NCBI RefSeq assembly: GCF_009914755.1
Contig: NC_060930.1
Direction: 5' to 3' (one strand)
From: the human T2T-CHM13v2.0 reference genome, Homo sapiens
Length of the DNA: 64,000 nucleotides
Part shown: one piece after another, positions 32,415 through 50,162 of the stretch
Layout: every line of letters begins with the position of its first letter
How positions within the stretch are numbered: the stretch's first letter is position 1
Notes under the pieces: model-generated
Databases searched by the model: none
The model's input: only the letters and a program-made list of their open reading frames with translations
Told to the model about the DNA's origin: nothing
Translations under genes and position numbers: made by a program

Positions 32415-33250
32415 TAATTGTCTACGAAGAAAATCCCAAAGAATCAACAAAAAAGAACTCCTGGAACTAATAAACAATTATAGCAAGATTGCAGGGTACA
32501 AGATTAATATAAAAAGTCAATTGTTTTATTATATACCAGCAATAAAAAATTGCAGTTGGAAATTACAAATACAATACCATTCACATTAGCAACCCAAAAA
32601 AGAAATATTAGGTATAAATCTAACAAAAGTATAAAATATATATAAGGAAAACTTAAACTACAAAACTGTGATAAAACAAATCAAAAAAGATCTAAATAAG
32701 TGGAGAGATATTCCACATATAAGTCTAAGAAGACTCAATATTGTCAAGAGCTCAATTCTTTCTAACTTAATCTATAGATACAACATAATCCCAAACAAAA
32801 TCCCAGCCAACTGTTTTGTGGACATTGACAAACTGATTCTAAAGCTCATGGGGAAAGACAAAAGACCCAGAATAACCAATGCAATATTGAAGGAGAAGAA
32901 CAAAGTTGGAAGACTGATACTACCCAACTTCAAGACTTATTATAAAGCCACAGTAATCAAGACAGTGTGATATTGGTGACAGAAAAGACAAATAGATCAA
33001 TGGAACAGAATAGAGAGCTCAGAAATAGACTCACACAAATATACTCACATGTTCGTTGACAAAGGAACAAGGAACAGCAATGGAGAAAGAAGTTGTTTCA
33101 ACATACAGTGCTAGTTCTAGCACTGGACAACTGGACGTGCATATGCTAAAAAAAAGAATCTAGACACAGACCTTACACCCTGCACAAAAATTAACTCAAA
33201 ATGGACTGCTGACTTAATATAAAATGGAAAACTATAAAATTTTTAGAGAA

Positions 33251-33537
33251 GGCCGGACACGGTGGCTCACGCCTCCAATCCCAGTACTTTGGGAGGCCGA
33301 GGCAGGTGGATCACCTGAGGTCGGAAGTTCAAGACCACCCTGGCCAACATGGCAAAACCTCATCTCTACTAAAAATACAAAAATTTGCTGGGCGTGATGG
33401 CAGGCACCTGTAACCCCAGCTACTCAGGAGGCTGAGGGAGGAGAATTGCTTGAACTCAGGAGTCAGAGGTTGCAGTGAGCCAAGATCGTGCCACTGTACA
33501 CAAGCCTGAGCAACAGAGCAAAACTCCATCTCAAAAA

Positions 33538-33584
<47 letters not shown>

Positions 33585-33585
33585 A
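33251..33585 (+). mobile_element. Alu with (AAAT)12 tail (STR 33535-33582)
   Basis: Full dimer; perfect tetranucleotide tail; TSD ataaaa(a)ttttag. Confidence 0.95.
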
Positions 33586-33737
33586 AATTTTAGGGGATAA
33601 CATAGAAGAAAACCTAGATGACCTTGGGTTTACAGTACTAAAACACAATTCATTTTTTTTTTTTAATTTGGGAAGTGGGACTTGACTAAAATGAAAAACT
33701 TAGGCTCTGTGAAAGGCACTTTAAAGAAAATAAAAAG

Positions 33738-34359
<622 letters not shown>

Positions 34360-34894
34360 TTAACACCCAAATCCAATTAAAAAATAGGTAAATGATCTGA
34401 ATAGACATTTCTCAAGGAAAGATATACAAATGACGAACAGGTATACGAAAAATGTTCAACATCACTCATTATCAGAGAAATGCAAAACCCCAATGATATA
34501 TATCATCTCACACCAGTTTAAAATGGCTATTATCAAAAAGAGAAAATAACAAATGTTGGCAAGGAGGCAGAGAAAGGGGAACTCTTATATACTGTTGGTG
34601 AGAATGTAAATTAATACAGCCATTATGGAAAACAGTATGAACATTCCTCAAAAAACTGAAAATAGAAATACCATATGATCCAGCAATCCCACTACTTGGT
34701 ATATACCCAAAGGAAAGAGAATCAGTATGTCAAAGAGATAGCTGCACTCCTATGTTTATTGCAGCACTATTCACAATACTGAAGATAAGGTATCAACCTA
34801 AACATCCTTCAAGAGATGAATGGATAAAGAAAATGTGGCATATATATAATGGAAAATTATTCAGCTACAAATGAATGAAATCCTGTCATTTGCA

Positions 34895-35771
34895 GGCCAG
34901 GCATGGTGGCTCACACCTGTAATCCCAGCACTTTGGGAGGCCAAGGCAGACGGATCACTTGACATCAGGGGTGCAGGACCACCCTGGCCAATGTGGTGAA
35001 ACCCCATCTCTACTAAAAATACAAAAGAAATTATCTGGGTGTGGTGGCAGGCCCCTGTAATCCAAGCTACTCAGGAAGCTGAGGCAGGAGAATCCTTTGA
35101 AACCGGGAGGCAGAGGTTCCAGTGAGCCCAGATTACACCACTGGACTCCACCCTGGGCAACAGAGCGAGACTCTGTCTCAAAAAAAAGAAAGAAAAAAGA
35201 AATCCTGTCATTTGCAGCATCATTGACCCTGCAGGGCATTATTTTAAGTAAAATATGCAATGTATAGAAAGACAAATACCACATTTTCACTTATGTGTAG
35301 GAGTACAAAAAGTTGATCCTACCTAGTGCAATGGCTCATGCCTGTAATCGCAGCACTTTGGGAGGCTAAGGCAGGAAGACTGCTTGAGCCCAGGAGTTCC
35401 AGACCAGCCTGGGCAATATAGTGAGACCCTGTCTCTAAGAAAATAAACAAATAAGGCTGGGCATGGTGGCTCATGCCTGTAATCACAGCACTTTGGGAGG
35501 CCGAGGTGGGCAGATCACCGAGGTCAGGAGTTCGAGATCAGCCTGGCCAACATGGTGAAACCTTGTCTCTACTAAAAATTCCAAAATAAGCTGGGCATTG
35601 TGGTGCGTGTCTCTAGTCCCAGTTACTCGGGAGGCTGAGACAAGAGAATCATTTGAACCAGAAGGTGGAGGTTGCAGTGAGCCAAGATTGTGCCACTGCA
35701 CTCCAGCCTGGGCGACAGAGTGAGACTCTGCCTCAAAAATAAATAAATAAATAAATAGGAAAAAAAAAAAA
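34895..35771 (+). mobile_element. Three sense Alus (34895-35200, monomer 35322-35452, 35455-35771)
   Basis: First has TSD gaaatcctgtcatttgca. Confidence 0.92.
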
Positions 35772-35937
35772 GTTAACCTCATGGAAGTACCAAGTAGAAC
35801 AGTGGTTACCAGAGGTTGGGAAGGGCCAGGGGATGGGGAGAAAAGGAGAGGCTGGTTAACAGGTACAAAATCACAGATAGGAGGAATAAGTTCTGGTGTT
35901 CCATAGCACAGAAGAGTGACTATAGTTAATAATAATT

Positions 35938-36257
35938 GGCCAGGTGCAGTGGCTCAAGCCTGTAAACCCAGCACTTTGGGAGGCTGAGGTGGGCAGATGA
36001 CCTGAGGTCAGGAGTTCGAGACCAGCCTGGCCAAAAACCTCCGCCTCCCAGGTTCAAGCAATTCTCTCACTTCAGCCTCCCAAGTAACTGGGACTACAGG
36101 CATACGTCACCATGCCTGGCTAATTTTTTGTATTTTTAGTAGAGATAGGGCTTCACCATGTTGGCCAGGCTGGTCTCGAACTCCTGACCTCAGGTGATCC
36201 ACGCTCCTCAGCCTCCCAAAGTGCTGGGATTACTGGTGTGAGCCACAGCACCCAGCC
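35938..36257. mobile_element. Fused inverted Alu pair (sense 5' 97 bp joined to a tail-less antisense Alu)
   Basis: ...gagaccagcctggccaa|a|aacctccgcctcccagg... junction at 36034-36036. Confidence 0.92.
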
Positions 36258-37472
36258 ATGAAGAGAGAATTTTGAATGTTCCCAACACAAATAAATGATA
36301 AATGTTTGAGGTGATGAATATGCTAATTATCCTGATTTGATCATTACACATTGTATACATGTACTGGAGTATCACATGTAACCCCATAAATATGTAAAAT
36401 CATTATATATCAATTAAAAATATTTTTTAAATTTGGGAAGTTAGACTTGAGTAAAACTAAAACTTTTGCTTTGTGAAAGATATTTTCAAGAAGGCAAAAA
36501 TACAAGCCATTGACTGGGAGAAAATAATTGCAAAACAAATATCTGATAAAGAAGTGGTATCAAAAATAAACAAAGAACTCTTAAAACTCAACAATAAGAA
36601 AACAGACAGCCCTCCTTTCTTGAGAGGAGCTCTGAAAAGAAAATAAAAAGAAAAAGAAAACAAACAACTCAATTAAAAAATAAGCAAAAGATCTGAACAG
36701 ACACCTCACCAAAGAAGAAATGCAGATGGGAAATAGGACACATGAAAAGATGCTCAACTCTCATGTCATTAGAGGTTGCAAATTAAAACACACCACTGTA
36801 CACCCACTAGCATGGCTAAAATCCAAAACACTGACAACATCAAATGCTGACAAGGATGTGGAGCAATAGGAATGCTCGTTCATTGCTGGTGGGAATGCAA
36901 AGTAGTACAGCCACTTTGGAAGACAGTTTGGCAGTTTCTTACAAAACTAAACATGTTCATGCCATGTGATCCAGCAACTGCACTCCTTGGTATTTACCCA
37001 AAGAAGATGAAAACATGTCTAAAGAAAAACCTGCATACAAATGTTTATAGCAGCTTTACTCATAATTGCCAAAAGCTGGAAGCAACCAAGATATCCTTCA
37101 GTAGGTGAATGGATAAACTTGATATGTCCAGAAATAGAACATTATTCAGCACTAAAAAGAAATGAGCTATCAAGCCATGACAAGACATAGAGGATTCTCA
37201 AATGCATATTACAAAGTGCAAGAAGCCAACCTGAAAAAGCTACATACTCAACTCTATGACATTTTGGAAAAGGCAAAACTGTAGAGACAGAAAAAGATCA
37301 GTGGTTGTCAGGGGCTTGCAGGGAGGGAACCAGGGATGAAAAGGTGTAGCACAGGTGATGTTTAGGGCAGTGAGCTACTCTGTATGATACTGTAATGGTT
37401 AAATACATATCATTACACATTTATCAAAACCCATAGAATATACCTAATGTGTAGAGAGCAAACCCAAATGAA

Positions 37473-38267
<795 letters not shown>

Positions 38268-38842
38268 CTAAAACTGCTCAAGAAAATAGTCAATTAATTT
38301 TTTTAATATTTTCATAACCATCCATTTAATCTCATCTTTCTCATAGAAACTGAGTTGGAGTTGGGAGCTGGGTGAGGAGTATTCCTATGTCTTGATACAG
38401 ATACTCTATTGAGATTCTCAACTGGTAGCAAAATACACCACAGTCAGATTAGCTAAACAAATATAAGAATGCATAATTCAACAGTGATGAAAATGGCCAA
38501 CTAGCCTGCAAATGTATGAAAGGCTTTAAATTGCTTCCAACCTATTATTGGTAAAGAGAAAATATCCTCAAAATAGCCACTGAAAAAAGTAAAATAAAGG
38601 CAAAAAGGTTTGGGAAGTAAAATTGTAGCTTACCCCAATAAATAGCCTGAAATTCACCTATCTCTTCTAGTTAAAAAAAATAGCTTCTCTGAATAGGAGG
38701 AAGTGAAAGAATAGTGAAACTTGGTTCATTGTAAAATGGTGTGCTCCTGTGTTGGGCACACAGTAGAGATTTCATAAATACATACTATCCAACTTCACAT
38801 AAGGTGTATATCCTAAATATATGATATAATATGCAGCTACTT

Positions 38843-41090
38843 TGTATTAGTCCGTTTTCATGCTGCTGATAAAGACATACCCGAGATTGGGAAGAAAAAG
38901 AGGTTTAATTGGACTTACAGTTCCACATGGCTGGGGAGGCCTCAGAATCATAGCAGGAGGCGAAAGGCACTTCTTACATGGTGGCAGCAAGAGAAAATGA
39001 GAAGGATGCAAAAGCAGAAACCCCTGATAAAACCGTCAGATCTCATGAGACTTATTCACTACCACAAGAATAGTATGGGGGAAACTGCTCCCATGATTCA
39101 AATTGTCTCCCACTGGCTCCATCCCACAACATGTGGGAATTATGGCTGTAGAATTCAAGATGAGATTTGGGTGGGGACACAGAGCCAAACCATATCATTC
39201 CACTCCTGACCCCTCCAAATCTCATGTCCTCACATTTCAAAACCAATCATGCCTTCCCAAGAGTCCCTCAAAGTCTTAACTCATTTCAGCATTAACCCAA
39301 AAGTCCACAGTCCAAAGTCTCATCCAAGACAAGGTAAGTCCCTTCCACCTATGAGCCTGTAAAATCAAAAGCAAGCTAGTCACTTCCTAGATACAATGGG
39401 GTACAGGAATTGGGTAAATACAGGCATTCCAAAGGGAGGAACTGGCCAAAACAAACGGGTTACAGGCCCATGCAAATCCGAAACCCAGCAGAGCAGTCAA
39501 ATTTTAAAGCTCCAAAATGATCTCCTTTGACTCGAGGTCTCACATCCAGGTCACACTGATGTGAGAAGTGGGTTCCCATGGTCTTGGGCAGCTCCAACCC
39601 TGTGGCTTTGCAGGGTATAGCCCCCCTCCTGGCTACTTTCACGGGCTGGTGTTGAGTGTCTGCAGCTTTTCCAGGTGCATGGTGCAAGCTGTCAGTGGAT
39701 CTACCATTTTGGGGTCTGGAGGTCTTCTCACAGCTCCACTAGCCTGTGCCCCACTAGGGGCTCTGTGTGGGGGCTCCAACCCCACATTTCCCTTCTGCAC
39801 TGCCCTAACAGAGGTTCTCCATGAGGGCCTCGCCCCTGCAGCAAACTTTTGCCTCAGCATCCAGCATTTCCATACATCTTCTGAAATCTAGATGGAGGTT
39901 CCCAAACCTCAGTTCTTGACTTCTGTGCACCCACAGGCTCAACACCACATGGAACCTGCCAAGGCTTGGGGCTTCCACCCTCTGAAGCAACAGCCTGAAC
40001 TGCACTTTGGCCACTTTTAGTCACAGCTGGAGTGACTGGGATGCAGGGCACCAAGTCCCTAGACTTCATACAGCACAGGGACCCCTAGCCCAGCCCACAA
40101 AACCATTTTCTCCTAGGACTCCAGGCCTGTGATGGGAGAGGCTGCCTTGAAGATCTCTGACATGCTCTGGAGACACTTTCCCCATTGTCTTGGGAATTAA
40201 CATTCTGCTCCTCGTTACTTATGCTAATTTTTACAGCTGGCTCCCATTTTCTGGGTTTTTCTTTTCCATAACATTGTCAGGCTGCAAATTTTCCAACCTC
40301 TTATGCTCTGCTTCCCTTGTAAAACTGAATGCCTTTAACAACATCCAAGTCACCTCTCGAATGCTTTGCTGCTTAGAAATTTCTTCCGCCAGATATCCTA
40401 AATCATCTTTCTCAAGTTCAAAGTTCCACAAATCTCTAGAGCAGGGGCAAAATGCCACCAGTCTCTTTGCTAAAACATAACAAGAGTCACCTTTGCTCCA
40501 GTTCCCAACAAGTTCCTCATCTCCATTTGAGACCACCTCAGCCTGGACCTTGTCCTTATCACTATCAGCATTTTGGGCAAAGCCACTCAACAAGTCTCTA
40601 GGAAGTTCCAAACTTTGCCACATTTTCCTATCTTCTTCTGAGCCCTTCAAACTGTTCCAACCTCTGCCAAAGTCACTTCCACATTTTCAGGTATCTTTTC
40701 AGCAGCGCCCCACTCTACTGATACCAACTTACTATATTAGTCCGTTTTCATGCTGTTAATAAAGACATACCTGAGATTGGGAAGAAAAAGAGGTTTAATT
40801 GGACTTACAGTTCCACACGGCTGGGGAGGCCTCAGTATTACAGCGGGAGGCAAAAGGCACTTCTTACATGGCGGCAGCAAGAGAAAATGAGAAGGATCCA
40901 AAAACGGAAACCCCTGATAAAACCATCAGATCTCATGAGACTTATTCACTACCATGAGAGCAGTAGGGGGGAAACCGCCCCCTTAATTCAAATTATCTCC
41001 CACCGAGTCCCTCCCACAACACGTGGGAATTATGGGAGTACAATTCAAGACGAGGAGATATGGGTGGGGACACAGAGCCAAACCATATCA
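38843..41090 (-). mobile_element. Complete THE1A MaLR element: 3' LTR 38843-39197, internal region 39198-40732, 5' LTR 40733-41090
   Basis: Two similar ~355-bp LTRs (tgtattagtccgttttcatgctgc...gagccaaaccatatca) with the THE1A-type aagaaaaagaggtttaattggacttacag; 5-bp TSD tactt/cactt; MaLR-int translation DLWNFELEKDDLGYLAEEISKQQS. Confidence 0.93.
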
Positions 41091-41236
41091 CACTTACTTG
41101 GTATCTAAACAACTATAATTTCCAGAAGCCCCTAAGAAAACCATTCCTCTGATTCCCATTCAGAATCTATCTAAAAACTAGTCACATTACTAACTTTATG
41201 TCTAAGAGTACATTGTTAGCTGCTATAGATCTCTTT

Positions 41237-42047
<811 letters not shown>

Positions 42048-42890
42048 TCATGAGTCATGGATTAGGCTGCCCCTCTATTGTGAAGCAATTTTTCAGTAAA
42101 AGGAGCAGCATATGAATTATGACTTGGACAAGTTCCCACGAAGAAATCAGAGTAAAGCTAGGTCTGAGAAAATTACATGGTATATAGCATACATTATACT
42201 AATGCTGTTTTCCTACTCACTCCTACTATTTCTTAATGGCAAAGAAGTGAAATTTAGAGTCTTTAGTTCTATCTAAATGTTACTTTTTTTAATGAATTTT
42301 AGTAATACTGAATACAATTGTACGGGTATTATCTTGGTTTTAAATTTTATGAAAGTGAATCATTTAATGCATCATTATAAATTACTTAGTGATTACACTT
42401 GTGAAAAGCTCTCACCTGTCACATACCCACCCCAGCACACACACACAATGACACCAGAAGGCAATACTCTGCTTTACCTTCTGCTGAAAAGTCTGCTACC
42501 TCCAACGCTTGAGGTCCATACACGAAGCCCTCCTGGAATCTATGAACACAGCAGAGGCAAAAGGCAGAGAAGTTTATGTAGATTTAAAGTTACACTGCCC
42601 AAAACATAAAATGCCAAATGCCTATCACAAGTCTACATATCTGCCAAGGAACTCAGATTTTAGATTTGACAATGAGCATATCAACAATATATAGGTAACA
42701 TTCACAATTAATTATATATAATGCAGCTTATTGTATGAAAAGACCAAAAGTTGAGCCTTAACTAATTATATTCTTACGAAAAGAACCAATTTATACTATT
42801 GGAAAAACTAATGCAGCAATAAAGTATGAATTTATATACACTGAAAGTAACAATTCAACTTTTTAAATTATGTGAGAGCCAATACATATG

Positions 42891-43244
42891 CAGTAGTCCC
42901 CCCTTATCCATGGGGAATACGTTCCAAGACCCCCAGTAGCTGCCTGAAATCTGGGATAGTACCAGACACCCTATACACACTGTTTTTTAATCTAATAACT
43001 AAAATGGCTACTAAGTGACAGGTAGTGTCTACAGCATAGATATACTGGACAAAGGGATGATTCATGTCCCCAAAGGGACAGAGGAGGACAGCGCTGGACA
43101 GCACAAGATTTCATCACACTACTCAAAATGGGTACAATTTGAAACACGAAATCTTTATTTCTGGAATTTTCCATTTAATATTTTCAGACCACAAGTCAGT
43201 AACTAAAACAGCAGAAAGCAAAACCACAGATAAAGGGACAATTA
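42891..43244 (-). mobile_element. MER44A-like TcMar-Tigger MITE
   Basis: TIR cagtagtcccccttatcc with a degenerate partner gataaagggacaatta. Confidence 0.8.
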
Positions 43245-43269
43245 TATAAAGAATATAAAACAAATTAAA

Positions 43270-43896
<627 letters not shown>

Positions 43897-44729
43897 TCAC
43901 AAAATAGAGAATGGCAAATCCTGCAGCTCAAGGTACATTCTCTTCTTAGAACCAGAAATTATTGGGAATATTGGAGAAAAGCAATTAAAAACAGACCTAG
44001 AAGAGGACAACGTAAAAGAAAAAAGGAGAAAGTAGCACTGTAAAGCTATTCTAGTGGCAAAATTTAATTTAATTCTGACAGTAATGTTGAAATAAGCAAG
44101 GTACTACATATGCTAGGCAGTATGGGAGAAATCTACCTTGTTCCAATATCAAAATAAAAATAATCATGAAATATGAAAGGCTTTTCAGAAAACATTCATG
44201 TAAAAAATTAAGGATTTAATCAGGTAAAATATTTAGATCTCAGATTTTATTTCATTCTTTTCTGGTAATAGGGATAAAAGACTACAAAACATAGCTGATG
44301 TATGAGAAAAATGAATCAGATAAATTTTATCAGCTGTTAAATTTAAAAGAGAGAGGCATATTATCTTCATGGAATATTTAGAAATCTTTAAAAGTATCAT
44401 CAAATAATTAGGAAAGAAGGAACAAAGTATTGTCTTAAAATCTGATGACACGTCAAGGAAAAAACAGTATTTTAAAACATTGGCCCTGAAGCCAGGTGAC
44501 TTGAGTTCAAATCCAAGGTAGCTCATTTAATTGCTTTGTGACATCAGGCACTTAATCCCTCAGTATAACCAGAGTTGTTCAATGAGGACACCTTCACCAT
44601 CTCTCAGATTTATACTGAATATCAGTGAAACAAGGTTTTTAAAAATGTTATAAATCACAGAGTGCTATTTTATGCAAAAATTTAAGCCAGTGCATTCTAT
44701 TTAAATTAGCGACTTAACAAAAGCTGTTA

Positions 44730-45165
<436 letters not shown>

Positions 45166-45414
45166 CTAAATGGCAGCCAGAAGAGCACAGTCCCCAAGAG
45201 ATGATTATATCAAATTACTAATTTAGCAATATGCCCAGCCTCAGCTGTATCTTCTCTTAATTCCCAAACAGCCTTCTAGACTGCACCCTCCTCTAAAGCA
45301 GTGCTTGTGACATTCTAAGTTAAGTGCATTTGACATACTATGTTGAAACACAGTGACTACTTGAATATTACATATAATCCTGAAAACCAAAGAGATAAAT
45401 TCCCATCCATTAAA

Positions 45415-45590
45415 ACAATAATAGCAGCAAAGCCTTACATAGAATGTTTGATGTGCCAGGCACAGTTCTAAGAGTTGTACAAGCACTAACTCATTCGGTC
45501 TTCACAACTCTGAGATAGGTACTATTATACTTTAAAGATGAAGAAATGAGACACAGGGAATTTAAGAAACTTGCCCAAAAGCAAGCAGCC
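45415..45590 (-). mobile_element. MIR
   Basis: tgtgccaggcacagttctaag...gataggtactatta...gatgaagaaatgagacacag. Confidence 0.75.
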
Positions 45591-46009
45591 AGAAGTGGCA
45601 AGTTAAACCCAGACCACTCCCAGAAACATGTTCTTCGTCACCACATCATCCAGCCTATGAAATTAAAATCATACAAACCGGCATCTATCTATATGTCAGA
45701 AGCCAAACAATTATATGTGTTCTCAAGTATTCAATCATGCTATATATTCCTCAGCATATGCAACATTTTCTCAGAAAATTCCAATTAAAATGATGTTGTA
45801 TAAAATATGTAACAAAATGAGAAATGTGATATGAAACTAAAAGAATTAGAACTTTTTCAAAACAAAAGGCCTTAAAATTTAAAATCAATATATCCGAATA
45901 ACAAATAATATTGGTGTAAGAGTAGCAAGACTAAGTATTTCAGTTTTTTAAACTTGCTGTCATTTGGTTACATAACTCACTCAAACATTTTGTAAACTTT
46001 AAAATCTCA

Positions 46010-46770
46010 ATACAATAAGATACGACCTCATACCTTATGATGGTTACTATCAAAAAACTAAAAAAGGAAAAACTAAAAAATAAAATAAAATAAGAAGGGT
46101 TGGTGAGGACGTAGAAAAACTGGAATCCTTGTGTACTGTTGGCAGGAGCATAAAATGGTGCAGTTGCTATGGAAAATAGTATAGTGGTTCATCAAAAAAA
46201 TTAAACAGAGAATTACCATATGATCCAGCAGTTCCACTTCTGGGTATGGAGTCAAAAGAACGAAAAGCAGGGACTCAAGGAGATACTTCTATACCCATGT
46301 TTGTAGCACCATTATTCACAGTAGTCAAAATGTGGGAGCAATCCAAGCTTCCCTTAACGGATGAGTGGACAAACAATTGGTAGCATATACATGTAACAGA
46401 ATATTAGCCATAAAAAGGAGGGAAATTCTGACACATGCTACAACAAGCTTGAAGGCATTATGCTATGTCATATAAGCCCTCACAAAAGGACAAACACTAT
46501 AGATCCCATGTACATCAGGTAGGTACAGTAGTCAAATTCATAGAGACAGAAAGCAGAATGTGGTTGCCATGTGCTGGGGGAAGGGGAGAATGGGCACTTA
46601 TTCTTTAATAGGTCCAGAGTTTCAGATTTGTAAGATGAAAGAGGTCTGTGGATGGATGGTGGTGATGGTAGCACAACAATATGAATGTACTCAATCCCAC
46701 TGAACTGTATACCTAAAAATAGTTAAGATGGTAAATTTCTTGTTATGTTTATCACAATTTTTAAAAAAGT
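46010..46770 (+). mobile_element. L1MA/MB 3' end
   Basis: gaattaccatatgatccagca...ctgaactgtatacctaaaaatagttaagatggtaaattt. Confidence 0.85.
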
Positions 46771-47239
46771 AACATGTGCTAAGTATAGAAAATCTAAAAA
46801 AGGAATTGCAAAAAAGAAAAATAAAATTATTTCATCTCCCAAAAAACCACTGTAAACCCGTTTAATGTATATTGTCATATAGTTTTTAAAAATCATACTA
46901 CACACTTTTTTAAAAAAGGAATTCCTATCAATGTCTTTCTTAAAAACATTAATTCTCTTTAGTACTGATTTAATTTTACTAAAAGTTTAATTGGAAGTCT
47001 TTTAATTCAAAGGTTAAAATAATTAAAGTACAATTTTTGCCCCACTAAAACAGTTATGTCATCAAAATAACCACTGGAGTCCTCTAGGTTTCCCAGCAGA
47101 ATGGCTTTTACTCAGAGTTAGTACAGAGTTTCAATTCTTGCATTATTAACCAAACCAGTCTTGTGTAAGCAATCACACGTATTACTACTTGGGTAAATTG
47201 TACTAAATTGTTCTCCCTAACTCCATTATCCATCCTCTT

Positions 47240-47670
47240 TGTGGCAACACTACTGGCTGCCTAGCATACACCCATTCTCCCTTTCTTCCTTAGGAACAGA
47301 CCATGGTTTTATTCTGGGTGGCATGTATCCAGGTGAAGTGTACATTTCCCAGCCTTCCTCGCTGCTACGACTGGTCAATTAGCTAGAAGTGGAAGTCACT
47401 GGATGAGACACTTCCAAGATAGCTACTTAAAGGGAACTTAGCTAGAAGTGTGTCTGTAGTTCAAATATGGTGGATGGCACTCCAGCAGTCATTCTGGACA
47501 ATAAGGGTAATGGAAGCTGTGCCAAGGGACAGTCAAGCAGACAGAAGGAACTCAGGTCTTTGATGATCCTACAGTCATCATGCCAAAACTGGACTTCAGT
47601 GTGAGAAATATACCTCTATTTTGTTGAGACCACCTGTTTTGTACTGTAGGTGAACCTAAATCTAATATAC
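47240..47670. mobile_element. Old MLT1 (J/K/L-like) LTR
   Basis: tgtggcaacactactggctgcc...cccattctccctttcttcctt...acatttcccagccttcctcgc. Confidence 0.65.
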
Positions 47671-47679
47671 CCACCTTTA

Positions 47680-48195
47680 CACTGCTGTATCAGTGATCTT
47701 TCTAAAATACAAATCAGAATCGTTAAATTCCTTATCTTGGCACATGATTCCTTATCTTTCATGATTCCTTTGACCTCTGCTTGTATCTGCAGCCTTACCT
47801 CCAGCCATAAAGAACCAATTATAGACTTCTAATACCACCCTGCCTTTGCACAGGTATATACACTTTGCTGGGAATAAATGCCTTTCCCCAGTCTTTCTCC
47901 ATGTATCCTTCAAGTCTCAGCTCCTCCAAAAAGCTTTCCTGCTGCACTCACCCTATACACAGGCATAAACAACAAACTCGTGTACCAAATATGAATGGAC
48001 AATGTTCCTTTGTGCTTACCTTACCTATGAAACTATAATGTAATGTGGAGATGTTTTGGTCTTCCTCTGTCATCAAAGTGAAAGGTCTTGAGGATAGGAA
48101 ACGATTTGTAACTCTTTGACTTTCCATAGCCCTTAGCACAAGGTCTAGACTAGGGCATAAAGAAGAACTCAATAAATGTTAGATGAATAAATGAA
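47680..48195 (+). mobile_element. L2 3' fragment
   Basis: tctttctaaaatacaaatc...ctcaataaatgttagatgaataaatgaa. Confidence 0.7.
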
Positions 48196-48234
48196 GTTCA
48201 GAGAAACAGTCATTCTTAAGTACTTCAAAGACCT

Positions 48235-49029
<795 letters not shown>

Positions 49030-49678
49030 TCAAATCACAACACAAAATCTTCTATCAAGGTATATATCAGAAGACATCAGAATTTATTTTTTTTTATTTA
49101 AATTTATTTTAAGACGGTAATACTTAAACTTCCTAACAAAATACCATTTTTCTTCCAAAACAAACCAAGCTTCTGAGTGGATAAACAAACCTATTTTTTT
49201 CAGTACGGTTGTTCAGCTGTTCAAGAGAAGGCAATGGAGAACATTTTATCTCATTTCAAGACATCTCTACAACAAATATTTATTGAGGATCAATTATGTG
49301 CCAGGCATTGTACTGCACAATTAAAATACTGAATGATGAGCTGCTTGAAAGAAGAATGTTCCAAGGTACTATGAGTGCAAAGGAGGAGTATCATGGACAT
49401 TTCTCATCTCTGGAAGATTTCCCATCTTCCAGAGATGAGAAAGCAGACAGGAGGTGGCATTTAGATATACTTTTAAAATTTTTTAAAGGAAAAATGAAAC
49501 TTGCAAGAAAGAGATTTTAACTTTTCATTTTTTTATAATCTCAAGTTTGTTCTTAGGTAAGATAGAAGAAGCCAGTGTCTTTTAGTGCCTACTACATAGC
49601 ATTATGTAGTTCTTTATGCACATTATCTTGATTAACCATCCAAAAAGTTGTAAGGACAGAAAATGTGTGAGATATTAG

Positions 49679-50098
49679 TGTATTAGTCCATTTTGCGTTG
49701 CTATAAAGGAATACCTCAAACTGGCTAATTTATAAAGAAAAGAATTTTATTTGGCTCATGGTTCTGCAGGCCATATAAGAAACATGGCACCAGCATCTGC
49801 TTCCGATGAGGGCCTCAGGAAGCTTTCAATCACGGCACAAGGGGAAGGGGAGCCAGTGTGTCACATGGCAACAGAAGGAGCAAGAAAGAGAGGAGGGATA
49901 TCCCAGATTCTTTTTGAACAACCAGATCTCCCTGGGAACCGATAGAGCAAGAATTCACTCATTACCTAGGACAGCACCAAGCCAGTCATAAGGGATCTGC
50001 CCCCATGACCCAAACACTTCCCAGTTAGCCCCACTTCCAACACCGGAGATCAATTTCCAACCTGAGATTTGGAGGGGACAAATATCCAAACTATATCA
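49679..50098 (-). mobile_element. MSTA/MSTB solo LTR
   Basis: tgtattagtccattttgcgttgctataaaggaatacct...ggggacaaatatccaaactatatca. Confidence 0.88.
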
Positions 50099-50162
50099 GA
50101 CAGTTGCCTGTTCCCAGGAATAAGAAACATAGCAGAACTTGGTGAAAGCAAGACCCGATTCG

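Noticed and set aside
32668-32970. L1 ORF2-like peptide as an active retrotransposon
   Set aside because: Short open stretch in an old, truncated and repeatedly interrupted L1.
35818-35838. G-quadruplex motif (also at 2-23)
   Set aside because: Ordinary G-rich tract of L1 3' UTRs; nothing locus-specific.
38997-41108. Cluster of overlapping ORFs, including two similar MRR(M/I)QK peptides
   Set aside because: THE1A internal remnants and the two LTR copies.
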